In this document: positions 20,443 to 28,995 of the stretch, piece after piece
How the letters are laid out: every line of letters begins with the position of its first letter
Position numbering within the stretch: position 1 is the stretch's first letter
Source: Desulfobulbaceae bacterium
GTDB lineage: Bacteria > Desulfobacterota > Desulfobulbia > Desulfobulbales > Desulfocapsaceae
DNA length: 42,662 nt
NCBI GenBank assembly: GCA_031256095.1
Contig: JAIRRG010000052.1
Location: 1 to 42,662, forward strand
Direction of reading: 5' to 3'
Made by a program: the position numbers and the translations under genes
Notes under the pieces: model-generated
Databases searched by the model: none
What the model was told of the DNA's origin: nothing
What the model saw: the letters and a program-made list of their open reading frames with translations, nothing else

Positions 20443-20572
20443 GTTTTTAACAATTTTAAAGTAGATTATTTTTTAAAAAAGTAAATATAATAATATTAAT
20501 AATTATTATTATATAATTTAAAGCAATTTTTTTAGAATAAAACTTTTTGAAAATAAGTCAATAGTTTTTTCG
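20443..20572. other. Extreme AT tract
   Basis: In the 60 nt at 20461..20520 I count only 3 G and 0 C. The surrounding ~130 nt consist of A/T runs (TTTTTTAAAAAA, ATAATAATATTAATAATTATTATTATATAATTTA). Confidence 0.9.
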
Positions 20573-20687
20573 AATATCACCTATTTATCGGATCTTGGCG
20601 AAAGCTTTCTATGCCAAGTTGTTTAATCCAGATTATTGGGCGGCCCAATCTCCCTGATTGGAAAGATGCGTTATAGGATAATTTCAC

Positions 20688-20900
20688 ATGACTGCTCTAC
20701 GACGACGAAGACAGGGCGTCAAACAAAAGACAGGGCATAGCGAAGATAACATAAGAGTTTTGGCGAGCCGCTATGGCATCTCCCGCCTGCTTGAGCTGCA
20801 AGGCGATAAACCGGTCAAGTAGAAATTGAAACCTTACCCCACCGGATATTTCCAATTACCTGACATATTATCGATACGTCCGCAAACTCTAGACAACTAA
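20688..20900 (+). pseudogene. Decayed IS481-family-like transposase relic
   Basis: Read in one frame, MTALRRRRQGVKQKTGHSEDNIRVLASRYGISRLLELQGDKPVK is followed by an in-frame TAG, then KLKPYPTGYFQLPDI. The first part looks like a transposase N-terminal HTH. The second resembles the K.YP.GY.H.D block that begins the DDE core of some IS481-like transposases. Everything in between and after is missing. Confidence 0.35.
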
Positions 20901-21137
20901 ATCAGAACAGTTTACTATGAATTTAACCCATCAAACGCTGGAACTAAACATCTCAGCAATCAGCTGGATTTATACCGCTGCGCAAAAAGAAAAGCCTCGA
21001 AAGCATTTGCCCTGCGATGGATGACGTATTATTACCCAATTTGGCGATTCAACGGCGCATAGGCCAATCGCTGCCGCGCCTTGCCTTCTGGCCGCTCTTC
21101 TTGACGAGCTAAAACTTTCTTCTGAGGGAGGTTTTCC

Positions 21138-22298
21138 ATGACATTCGCGTTCAAATTTGCGTCGGCTGCCGCCGCTCTACTCCTGGCTTTTGGCCTTCAA
21201 TCCGCCCAGGCCGCCGATATTCACGTCGGCGTGTCCGAGGCGCTCTCGGGCGGCGCAGCCCAATACGGCAATAATATTCGCAACGGCATGCAACTGGCAG
21301 CCGACGAAATCAATGCCGCGGGCGGCATCAACGGCAACAAGCTGGTACTGGTGATCGAAGACGACCAGACCAAAAAAGAAGAAGCCATCAACGTCTTCCG
21401 CAAGCTGATTTTTCAGGATAAGGTGTTGATGGTCTTTGGCCCGACGCTGTCCAATGGCGCGCTGGCGGCCCATCCGATCGCCCAGGCCGCTAAAACGGTG
21501 GCGTTTGCCACCTCGAACACGGTGGACGGCATTACCGATCCGGGTAACTACATTTTCCGCAGCTCGGTTACCGAGGCCTCGGTCATTCCGGTCACGGTGC
21601 AAGTCGCCAAGGAAAAACTCGGTCTGAAGAAGGTCGCTGTCCTGTACGGCAACAATGACGCCCTTTCCAAGGGCGGCTATGACGTGTTCAAAAAGGCGCT
21701 GGAAGACCAGCACATTGCGGTGACGACAACCGAAACATTCGCCACCGGCGATGTCGATTTCAAGGCGCAACTAACCAAGATCAAGGGCACTAACCCGGAT
21801 GCCGTCGTGCTGTCGGCGCTGATCGCCGAAGCCGGGCCGATCGTGGCGCAAGCTCGCCAATTGGGCATCAACGTGCCTTTTATCGGCGGTAACGGCTTGA
21901 ATAATCCCCGCATCTTCGAGATGGCGCCGGGCACGGCTTCCGATGATATATGGGTGGGCGGCCCTTGGTCGCTGGACAACGCCACGCCTGAAAACAGCAA
22001 GTTCATTGCCAACTACAAGGCTCATTACAATACCAACCCCGACCAGTTCGCCGCCCAAGCCTACGACGGCATGTGCATTGCCGCCGCGGCCATGAAAAAG
22101 GTGCATTTCAGCGGCGATATTGCCAATGATCGCGCCGCGCTGCGCGACGCCTTGACCAATGTCCAGTGGACGGGCGCTACCGGCCCCTTCAAGTTCACCC
22201 AAATCAGGAACAAGGCAGGCCAGCTTGCCGGCTACGACGCCGTGCAAACACCGATCATCAGCGTCACCAAAGACGGCAAGTACAACATCGTTCATTGA
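21138..22298 (+). CDS. livK: Periplasmic branched-chain amino acid (Leu/Ile/Val)-type ABC substrate-binding protein
   Basis: The Sec signal peptide ends LQSAQA|AD. It has LivK/LivJ-like motifs (GVSEALSGGAAQYG, INAAGGINGNKL). The RBS GAGGGAGG is present. It is the first gene of a liv-type operon. Confidence 0.85.
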   Translation: MTFAFKFASAAAALLLAFGLQSAQAADIHVGVSEALSGGAAQYGNNIRNGMQLAADEINAAGGINGNKLVLVIEDDQTKKEEAINVFRKLIFQDKVLMVFGPTLSNGALAAHPIAQAAKTVAFATSNTVDGITDPGNYIFRSSVTEASVIPVTVQVAKEKLGLKKVAVLYGNNDALSKGGYDVFKKALEDQHIAVTTTETFATGDVDFKAQLTKIKGTNPDAVVLSALIAEAGPIVAQARQLGINVPFIGGNGLNNPRIFEMAPGTASDDIWVGGPWSLDNATPENSKFIANYKAHYNTNPDQFAAQAYDGMCIAAAAMKKVHFSGDIANDRAALRDALTNVQWTGATGPFKFTQIRNKAGQLAGYDAVQTPIISVTKDGKYNIVH

Positions 22299-22339
22299 GC
22301 ACGACCAGAGCATTTTTCATTCAAGCGAGGCATCAGCGA

Positions 22340-22429
22340 GGTAGGATAGGTAGAGCCGAAGGCGAAACCCATCGTTTTCCGATTCGACGTTGTTGTTGAT
22401 GGGTTTCGCTGCACTCTACTCATCCTACC
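22340..22429. repeat. Inverted pair of REP-like ~32-nt units (also a plausible livK terminator)
   Basis: Unit A is GGTAGGATAGGTAGAGCCGAAGGCGAAACCCATC (22340..22373). The reverse complement of 22398..22429 is GGTAGGATGAGTAGAGTGCAGCGAAACCCATC. The spacer is 24 nt. Confidence 0.7.
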
Positions 22430-22518
22430 TTGCTAGTGGTGATGAAAGAAGCGCTGGAAGACCCGGCGCGGTTGTTGTTTGATATTTGAGTTGGAAATTA
22501 CCTCGAAAGGAATACAGA

Positions 22519-23301
22519 ATGTTTGTTGTTATCTGGCGAGGCGCTGGCATTTTGGCTGTTTTGATTCCTGTTGGCGCACTGGTCGCGGGATGGCTAGGGC
22601 TGGAATACGGTCTCGGTGAGGCATGGACAAAACGCCACCCAGGATTTGTTGGGGCGATTTCGTTCTTGTCCGGCGTTGTTGTATGGTTTCTTGGGCGAAA
22701 ACTCAATGGACATTTTGAAAAAAAGCTGACCGACCAGCTTACACAAGAAAAAACCATTTCTAATAATCGGCATACCCTGTTTTTCATTCCAATGGAATAT
22801 ACGGCGATTTTTTGGTGCCTCGTGGGTGCTTTCTTATTTTTTAATTTGAAAGGTGGTGTCCCACAGGACGAAGCACAAACTGTGGCCCAGTATCGCAATG
22901 CCGCTGAACAAGGGGATGCCAAATCACAATTCAACCTCGGCGTGAGGTATGAGCAGGGATCGGGCATTATCAAGGACGAAACACAAGCCGCAGATTGGTA
23001 TCGCAAAGCGGTTGAACAGGGGCTTGCTGACGCTCAATTCAACCTTGGCGTGATGTATCTCCAAGGTCGGGGCGTTGCCAAGGACGAAACACAGGCGTTT
23101 GCTTTGTTCCGAAAGGCTGCCGAACAGGGGCATGTTAATAGCCAAAACAATCTCGGTTTCATGTACGCAAATGGCCGGGGTGTTGCGCAAGACGATGCGC
23201 AGGCTGTTGTGTGGTTTCGCAAGGCCGCCGAACATGGGAGCGTTGACGCTCAACAAACGCTGGACGCGATGAAAGCCAGTGGCCGCGGAAACTTAAAGTA
23301 A
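22519..23301 (+). CDS. Membrane-anchored Sel1-repeat (SLR/TPR-like) protein
   Basis: About 3 N-terminal TM helices are followed by 3.5 Sel1 repeats (AEQGDAKSQFNLGVRYEQGSGIIKDETQAADWYRKA, then two near-copies and a partial fourth). I prefer the ATG at 22519 over the TTG at 22486. Confidence 0.8.
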   Translation: MFVVIWRGAGILAVLIPVGALVAGWLGLEYGLGEAWTKRHPGFVGAISFLSGVVVWFLGRKLNGHFEKKLTDQLTQEKTISNNRHTLFFIPMEYTAIFWCLVGAFLFFNLKGGVPQDEAQTVAQYRNAAEQGDAKSQFNLGVRYEQGSGIIKDETQAADWYRKAVEQGLADAQFNLGVMYLQGRGVAKDETQAFALFRKAAEQGHVNSQNNLGFMYANGRGVAQDDAQAVVWFRKAAEHGSVDAQQTLDAMKASGRGNLK

Positions 23302-23305
23302 GTGC

Positions 23306-23337
23306 GGTAGGGTGGGTGGAGCGAAGCGATACCCACC
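23306..23337 (+). repeat. Third copy of the REP-like unit
   Basis: GGTAGGGTGGGTGGAGCGAAGCGATACCCACC has the same architecture as the units at 22340..22429. It has an internal GGTGGGT/ACCCACC hairpin and lies 5 nt after the Sel1 gene stop. Confidence 0.65.
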
Positions 23338-23491
23338 AAGTGCCACGCCAACGCGAGGCGTTCACCAGAAACAATAGCTGATAGCGCAAGCCAGTAAACG
23401 ATTACAGACACAAAACACACTGAAATCGGCTACCATCAAGCGCGGCCAGCTATCAATTTAGAATCTTCCGATCCGCAAGCGTTTCATTGCC

Positions 23492-24373
23492 ATGCTGGAA
23501 CAACAATTCGTCAACGCCCTGAGCCTGGGCTGCATCTATGCGCTGTTCGCCCTGGGATTTACGCTGGTTTTTGGCGTCTTGGGCATCATCAACCTCGGGC
23601 ACGGCGCCGTGTTCATGGTCGGCGCCTACGCGGCGCTGATGACTGTCATCCACTTGAATCTGCCGCTGTGGGTCGCAATCATCGCCGCCATGATCGCCGC
23701 CGGACTGGCCGGGGCGGCCATCGACGCGCTGGTGCTCAAGCCGCTACGCAAGCGGGGGGCGCCGCACCTGATCCCGATGATCGCCACCATCGGCACAGCC
23801 ATCATCCTGAACAACGGCGCCCAGGCCGTATTCGGGGCGGGCACGCTACGCTTTCCTTTCGGCACAGTCCCGGAAGAAGCCCTGCAAATCGCCGGAGTGA
23901 AAGTGACCGCGCTCGATCTGGGCATCATCGTCCTGTCCTTCGCAATGATGGCGGCTTTACTGCTCGTGATGCGCCGCACCCAGTTCGGCCGCGCCCTGCG
24001 CGCCATTGCCGAATCACCAAAGGCCGCCCGCCTCTTGGGCATCAACGTCGAGCGGCTGTTCTTCGTGACTTCGCTGGCCGCCGCCGCCTTGGGCGGGCTG
24101 GCCGGTGTGCTCATCAGTCTTAATTCCAACGCCATCTTCCCGTTGATGGGCCAGGACATCCTGCTCAAGGGTATCGCGGTCATCATCCTGGGCGGCATGG
24201 GCGACATCCGCGGCGCCATGCTGGGCGGGCTGTTCCTGGGCTTTGCCGAGGTGCTGTCGGTAGCCTACATCGGCTCGGACATGCGCGACGCGGTGGCCTT
24301 CGGCCTGCTGTTCCTGATTCTGCTGCTGCGCCCGCAAGGTCTGTTCGGCAAAGTAGTGCAGCGGAAAGCTTGA
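23492..24373 (+). CDS. livH: Branched-chain amino acid ABC transporter permease LivH
   Basis: It is a polytopic permease with LivH-like sequence (QQFVNALSLGCIYALFALGFTLVFGVLGIINLGHGA). Confidence 0.9.
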   Translation: MLEQQFVNALSLGCIYALFALGFTLVFGVLGIINLGHGAVFMVGAYAALMTVIHLNLPLWVAIIAAMIAAGLAGAAIDALVLKPLRKRGAPHLIPMIATIGTAIILNNGAQAVFGAGTLRFPFGTVPEEALQIAGVKVTALDLGIIVLSFAMMAALLLVMRRTQFGRALRAIAESPKAARLLGINVERLFFVTSLAAAALGGLAGVLISLNSNAIFPLMGQDILLKGIAVIILGGMGDIRGAMLGGLFLGFAEVLSVAYIGSDMRDAVAFGLLFLILLLRPQGLFGKVVQRKA

Positions 24374-24382
24374 GACCCGGTC

Positions 24383-25246
24383 ATGGATTTACAAAACTTC
24401 TGGGACGTTTACGGTAATCTGGTGCTGACGCTGGGCACCAACGCGCTGCTGGCCCTGTCGATCTGGCTGACGCTTGCTTGCGGCATGCTGGCCGTGGCTA
24501 ACGCCGCGTTCATGGGCATCGGCGCCTATACCGCAGCCCTGCTGACGATGAAGTGCGGCGCACCGTTTGCCCTGTCGCTGGCCGCCGGTATCATCATGCC
24601 CGCCCTCATCGCCGTTATCATCGGCCTGCCGGTAATCCGCCTGTCCGGAGTGTATCTGGCGATGGCGACGCTGGCTTTCGGCGAAGTGGTGCGGGTGTTC
24701 ATCCTTAACGCCGAATCCTGGACCGGCGGCGCCATGGGTCTAAACGGCATCCCGCAGTACACCCAATGGTGGCACGTACTGCTGGCGGTCGTGCTGGTGC
24801 TGTTGGCACTCTGGCGCGTGCGCGCCTCCAAGATAGGCCGGGCGTTCGATGCCATTCGCGGCGACGAGACGGCCGCCAGCCTGATGGGCGTTGACGTGCG
24901 CACCAGAAAAATGCAGGCTTTCGTGGCCGGGGCAGCCATCGCCGGGCTGGCCGGGGCGCTCAATGCCCACCTCACCTTTTTCATTAGCCCTGGAGAATTC
25001 GGCTTTGACAAGGGCGTGGAGATTCTCACCATGGCCATTCTCGGCGGTACCGGCGGGCTGGCCGGGCCGATTCTGGGTGCCGGCATCATTACCGTGCTGC
25101 CTGAGGCGCTGCGCGGCCTGGCCGACTACCGGCTGATGGTCAACGGCGTCATTTTGGTGTTGATCGTCCTCTTTTTGCCGCAAGGCATTTGGGATCCGGC
25201 GCGCTTCAAGCGCTGGTTGGTCCCAAAAAAGGCGGCTCATGCTTGA
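24383..25246 (+). CDS. livM: Branched-chain amino acid ABC transporter permease LivM
   Basis: It is a polytopic permease with LivM-like sequence (NAAFMGIGAYTAALL, YLAMATLAFGE). It overlaps livG by 8 nt. Confidence 0.9.
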   Translation: MDLQNFWDVYGNLVLTLGTNALLALSIWLTLACGMLAVANAAFMGIGAYTAALLTMKCGAPFALSLAAGIIMPALIAVIIGLPVIRLSGVYLAMATLAFGEVVRVFILNAESWTGGAMGLNGIPQYTQWWHVLLAVVLVLLALWRVRASKIGRAFDAIRGDETAASLMGVDVRTRKMQAFVAGAAIAGLAGALNAHLTFFISPGEFGFDKGVEILTMAILGGTGGLAGPILGAGIITVLPEALRGLADYRLMVNGVILVLIVLFLPQGIWDPARFKRWLVPKKAAHA

Positions 25247-26051
25247 GTTGGCGGGTGTTTCTAAACACTTCGGCGGCCTGCAGGTGTTGAGTGAGGTCGA
25301 TCTGTGCGTGCCGCAAGGCACTATCTTCGGACTGATCGGTCCCAACGGCGCCGGCAAGACCACCGTTTTCAACCTCATCACCGGCCTGCTCGCGCCCAAC
25401 AGCGGGCGCATGAGCTTCGAGGGGCAAGATCTGCTGCGCCAAAAGCCCCACCAGATCACGCGGCTGGGCATCGCGCGCACCTTCCAGAACATCCGCCTGT
25501 TCAAGGAAATGACCCTGCTCGAAAACGTGGTGGTGGGTACGTACCGCCACATGGACTACGGCTTGCCCGGTCTGTTATTGGGGTTGCCCGGCTTTCGCGC
25601 CCACGAGGCGCGTGCCCGCGCGCGGGCGCTGGAACTGCTGGCCTGGATGAAGCTCGATGGCAAGGCGCACGATTTGGCCGATAACCTTTCTTACGGCGAG
25701 CAGCGGCGGCTGGAACTGGCGCGGGCGCTGGCTACCGAACCGCGCCTGCTGCTCTTGGACGAACCGGTGGCCGGCATGAATACCGGCGAACGCGCCGAGT
25801 TGATGGCCGAAATTCAGGCCATCCGTGCCCGCGGCTACACCATTCTCATGATCGAGCACGACATGCGCTTCGTCATGGGCCTGTGCGAGCAAATCGCCGT
25901 GCTCAACTTCGGCAAGGTCATCGCCTGCGGCGGGCCGGATAAAATTCGCAGCAACGCGCAGGTGATCGAAGCCTATCTAGGCCGCGACGATGAGGAACAT
26001 GACGTAGCCCCAAGCGCAGTTGTGTGCGCGAACGACGGAGACGCGCAATGA
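25239..26051 (+). CDS. livG: Branched-chain amino acid ABC transporter ATP-binding protein LivG
   Basis: It has Walker A GPNGAGKTT, the signature LSYGEQRRLELARAL and Walker B LLLLDEP. Confidence 0.92.
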   Translation: MLELAGVSKHFGGLQVLSEVDLCVPQGTIFGLIGPNGAGKTTVFNLITGLLAPNSGRMSFEGQDLLRQKPHQITRLGIARTFQNIRLFKEMTLLENVVVGTYRHMDYGLPGLLLGLPGFRAHEARARARALELLAWMKLDGKAHDLADNLSYGEQRRLELARALATEPRLLLLDEPVAGMNTGERAELMAEIQAIRARGYTILMIEHDMRFVMGLCEQIAVLNFGKVIACGGPDKIRSNAQVIEAYLGRDDEEHDVAPSAVVCANDGDAQ

Positions 26052-26758
26052 CGGCAATGCTTGAAGTGTGCGGCCTGACTGTGAATTATGGCCGTATTCA
26101 GGCCGTGCGCGGCATCGACTTCACGCTGGAGACGGGCCAAATTAGCGCGCTGGTCGGTGCCAATGGCGCGGGCAAATCAACCACCTTGCTGGCCTTGTCC
26201 GGCCTGCTGCCCAAGGCGGGCGGGCAGGTGCGCTTCGAGGGCGAAGACATCACGCGCCTGGCCCCGCACCAGATCGTTGCGCGCGGCATCGTCCAGGTGC
26301 CTGAAGGTCGCGCCATCCTCACCACGCTGACGGTGCTGGAGAACCTGGAACTGGGCGCTTACCGACACGGTCTGAAAGCCGCCGACGACGAGCTGGACGC
26401 TGTCTTGCACCTGTTCCCACCGCTAAAGGAGCGTCTGCACGGCCTGGCTGGCAACCTGTCGGGCGGCGAGCAGCAAATGCTGGCCATAGGCCGCGCCCTG
26501 ATGGCCAAACCTCGCTTGCTGTTGCTCGACGAGCCTTCAATGGGACTGGCCCCGCTCGTAGTACAGGAAATCTTCCGCGCCCTGCGCGCCATCAATAGGG
26601 GCGGGCTAACGCTGTTGCTGGTCGAACAAAACGTCTGCCAGGCACTCAAGTTGGCCCAACATGGCTACGTGCTGGAAAACGGCCTCATGGCTCTTTCCGG
26701 CCCAGGCCGCGAACTACTGGGCCACCCGCGCATGCTGGAGGCTTACTTGGGTGGATAA
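26048..26758 (+). CDS. livF: Branched-chain amino acid ABC transporter ATP-binding protein LivF
   Basis: It has Walker A GANGAGKST, the signature LSGGEQQMLAIGRAL and Walker B LLLLDEP. Its ATG at 26048 forms an ATGA overlap with the livG stop. Confidence 0.92.
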   Translation: MTAMLEVCGLTVNYGRIQAVRGIDFTLETGQISALVGANGAGKSTTLLALSGLLPKAGGQVRFEGEDITRLAPHQIVARGIVQVPEGRAILTTLTVLENLELGAYRHGLKAADDELDAVLHLFPPLKERLHGLAGNLSGGEQQMLAIGRALMAKPRLLLLDEPSMGLAPLVVQEIFRALRAINRGGLTLLLVEQNVCQALKLAQHGYVLENGLMALSGPGRELLGHPRMLEAYLGG

Positions 26759-26772
26759 AAGGCGGTGAAGCG

Positions 26773-27516
26773 TCAGACGGCCAGCATGATCAAGGAGGCG
26801 TTGCGTCCGGTGGCAGTCAGGTTCGCCGCCGCTGTCCGCCGGTAGGAAAAGTAATCGCCGTCGCAGCGTGTGCAGATGCTGGGCAGACGGATGTGTTCGC
26901 GGCGCAAGCCCGCTTCCGTCAATTGGCAATGGCTGATCCTCCAGAAATCGATATGGTTTTCCCGCGGCATAAAACACTGAAATTCTTGCGGCAAGTGTTG
27001 GCGGTAATCAATGAATTCGCCGCAGCAGGGGCCAAGTGACGGGCTGATCCAGGCTCGTAGATTTTCAGGACGGCAATGCCAATCGGCAGCCAAGCGCGCC
27101 ACTACCGCCGGGAGAATGCCGGCGGCGCTGCCCCGCCAGCCGTTGTGGATGGCGGCGATGATCTGACGCTCAGGATCATGAAGCAGCACTGCCTGGCAAT
27201 CAGCATGTTGGATCATCAGGGCGACACCGGATTGGCCGGTAATCAAGGCGTCGCAATCGTCAACTTCCTGGTCGTCATCGAGTGGTTCAGTCAGGCTGAA
27301 GATATTGACGCCGTGCGTCTGCTGCGCCGACAGCAGCCGCACCGCCCCGAGCCAGGTTTTCAGGCGGCGGCGGTTTTCCATGACCAGATTGGCATCGTCA
27401 CCGACATGCAGCCCGATGTTCAGCGAATCGTAGAGGCCACCGCTGACACCGCCATGACGGTTGGCAAACAGGCAACGCCCGCCAGGAAAGGCGAAGGGCT
27501 TGTTTTCAGCGTTCAT
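26773..27516 (-). CDS. pgeF: YfiH/PgeF family laccase-domain protein (peptidoglycan editing factor / purine nucleoside phosphorylase)
   Basis: It has DUF152-type motifs: QTHGVNIF, DALIT, ADCQAVLLHD, AIHNGWRG and ICTRCD. Confidence 0.85.
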   Translation of the reverse strand: MNAENKPFAFPGGRCLFANRHGGVSGGLYDSLNIGLHVGDDANLVMENRRRLKTWLGAVRLLSAQQTHGVNIFSLTEPLDDDQEVDDCDALITGQSGVALMIQHADCQAVLLHDPERQIIAAIHNGWRGSAAGILPAVVARLAADWHCRPENLRAWISPSLGPCCGEFIDYRQHLPQEFQCFMPRENHIDFWRISHCQLTEAGLRREHIRLPSICTRCDGDYFSYRRTAAANLTATGRNASLIMLAV

Positions 27517-27603
27517 GGGAGAGAAAGATAAACGGTGCGGATAATTTTTCGATGTTAGTGTTACATTGAAAAGGGTGTAAGGAAAGGTTATCCGCCAAGC
27601 ATC

Positions 27604-28857
27604 TCAGGCCAGCAAATGTCCGAGGCCAGGGGCGGGAAACTGACGGCAATACTCTTTCACGTGAGCGGCGGTTTTGGCCAGAAATGCCTCATCGTCGAGG
27701 CGGGCAATGACGGCGGCGATGATGTCGCCGACAAAAACCATGTCTTTTTCTTTGAAACCGCGCGAGGTGACGGCGCAGGCACCCATGCGGATACCGCCCG
27801 GGTCGGTGGGCTTACGGGTATCAAAGGGAATGGTGTTGTAATTCAAGACAATCCCGGCCCGATCCAAGGCCTTGGCCACCTTTTTACTGCTGAGACCGGT
27901 GGCCGACAGATCGACGAGCAACAGATGGTTGTCGGTGCCGCCAGTGACCAGATTGAAGCCTTTATCGAGTAAAGTTTTAGCCAGCGTCCGGGCGTTTTTC
28001 ACCACCTGATGGGCGTAATCTTTGAAGGCGTCGCTGGCCGCTTCCTTCATGGCCACGGCGATTGCCGCCGTTGTGTGGTCGTGCGGCCCACCCTGCAAAC
28101 CGGGAAAAACGGCCTTGTCGATGGCGGCGGCGTACTGGTCGCGGCAGAGGATCATGGCGCCGCGTGGCCCGCGCAAGGATTTATGGGTAGTAGTGGTGAC
28201 GACATCGGCATAGGGAACCGGCGACGGATGGGCGCCACCGGCGACCAGACCGGAAAAGTGCGCCATATCGACCATGAAGATGGCGCCGACCTCATCGGCA
28301 ATCTGTCGGAATTTGGCGAAATCAAGGATGCGCGGATGGGCGGAATGGCCAGCGACCAGCAGGCGCGGGCGGCATTCAAGCGCCCGTTTGCGCACCTGGT
28401 CGTAGTCGAGGCGTTTACTTTCCGGGTCAACACTGTACGACTCGGCACGGAAATAACGACCGGAAATGCTGACCGGCGCGCCGTGGGTCAGGTGGCCGCC
28501 ATGCGGCAGGGCCATGCCTAAAATGGTGTCGCCGGGCTGCAAGAAGGCCAGATAGGTGGCGATGTTGGCTGGCGAGCCAGAATAGGGCTGGACGTTGACG
28601 TGTTCAGCGGCGAACACCGCTTTGACGCGGGCGATGGCCACAGATTCCACCTGGTCGATGATCTGCTGGCCTTCATAATAACGTTTGCCAGGATAACCCT
28701 CCGAATATTTGTTGGTCAGAACCGAGCCCGTGGCCTGCATGACTGAATTCGAGACATAATTTTCCGAAGCGATGAGCCGTATCTTGTCGGATTGCCGCTC
28801 CTCTTCCTGGCAAATGAGAGCGTGAATCTCCGGATCGGTGGCTTGCAATGCGTTCAT
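27604..28857 (-). CDS. glyA: Serine hydroxymethyltransferase
   Basis: It has the PLP-lysine block TTTTHKSLRGPRG, plus IASENY and GYPGKRYY. The ATG at 28855..28857 follows AAGGAA. The track start at 28863 is TTG. Confidence 0.95.
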   Translation of the reverse strand: MNALQATDPEIHALICQEEERQSDKIRLIASENYVSNSVMQATGSVLTNKYSEGYPGKRYYEGQQIIDQVESVAIARVKAVFAAEHVNVQPYSGSPANIATYLAFLQPGDTILGMALPHGGHLTHGAPVSISGRYFRAESYSVDPESKRLDYDQVRKRALECRPRLLVAGHSAHPRILDFAKFRQIADEVGAIFMVDMAHFSGLVAGGAHPSPVPYADVVTTTTHKSLRGPRGAMILCRDQYAAAIDKAVFPGLQGGPHDHTTAAIAVAMKEAASDAFKDYAHQVVKNARTLAKTLLDKGFNLVTGGTDNHLLLVDLSATGLSSKKVAKALDRAGIVLNYNTIPFDTRKPTDPGGIRMGACAVTSRGFKEKDMVFVGDIIAAVIARLDDEAFLAKTAAHVKEYCRQFPAPGLGHLLA

Positions 28858-28995
28858 CTTCAATTCCTTTTCAGGTGGTCTGTCGGGATAAGCCGTAAGA
28901 AGTCAAGCGGCAAACTTGTTACTATACAAAAGCATCCGGCAAAAGCATAGAGGAAACTCCCCTCTTAGCCAGTCGTACTCTTTTCGATATTCTAT

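Noticed and set aside
20443-20572. The AT tract, or the region around dnaB, could be a replication origin.
   Set aside because: I saw no cluster of DnaA-box-like 9-mers (TTATCCACA and close variants) in or beside the tract, and no dnaA or dnaN nearby. dnaB is not an origin marker.
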